Assembly (NCBI GenBank): GCA_951406725.2
Contig: OX597821.1
Coordinates: 53,878,001-53,942,000 of the forward strand
Origin: Octopus vulgaris
Lineage: Eukaryota
Length of the DNA: 64,000 bases
Reading direction: 5' to 3'
A program made the translations under genes and the position numbers. The notes under the pieces were generated by a model. The model saw nothing but the letters and a program-made list of their open reading frames with translations. It made no database searches and was not told the DNA's origin. This document shows positions 63,846 through 64,000 of this stretch, piece by piece (the first letter of the stretch is position 1; each line of letters begins with the position of its first letter).

Positions 63846-64000
63846 CACCACAGCATTACATAAAACTTATAGAGTTATGCTATTTCAAGGATTTCTTGGC
63901 ATTCATTAGGAACAGCCTGTACAGGAAAGAATCTGAAGGAGATGGACTTGGATATCTTCAAATGCTCAACACAAAAATGAAATTGACTACATCTTGTTCA

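Overview
AT-rich, microsatellite- and transposon-dense eukaryotic (metazoan) genomic DNA. The SINE, RTE and Penelope repeat families look like those of an octopus or other coleoid cephalopod, which is an inference from repeat sequence alone. Most ORFs in the supplied track are artefacts of simple repeats. Decayed DNA transposons: one Tigger/pogo, an IR/DR Tc1 and several mariners. Other mobile elements: a Gypsy integrase/LTR remnant, two non-autonomous Helitrons, many tRNA-derived SINEs, RTE and other LINE fragments, two Naiad-like Penelope fragments, and several Penelope-type hammerhead ribozyme motifs. Host genes: four phase-compatible coding exons of an unidentified minus-strand gene (37.4-55.7 kb) and the probable 5' end of a second minus-strand gene (1.2-6.0 kb), which includes a recursive-splicing-type exon. 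The most notable structure is at 24.6-28.7 kb. A ~1.77 kb ORF1-only (gag-like) retroelement, flanked by a perfect 19-bp target-site duplication, sits inside the 5' UTR of a Tx1/L1-clade LINE whose ORF1 is a distant paralogue. This is a candidate non-autonomous element that parasitises and targets its partner LINE.
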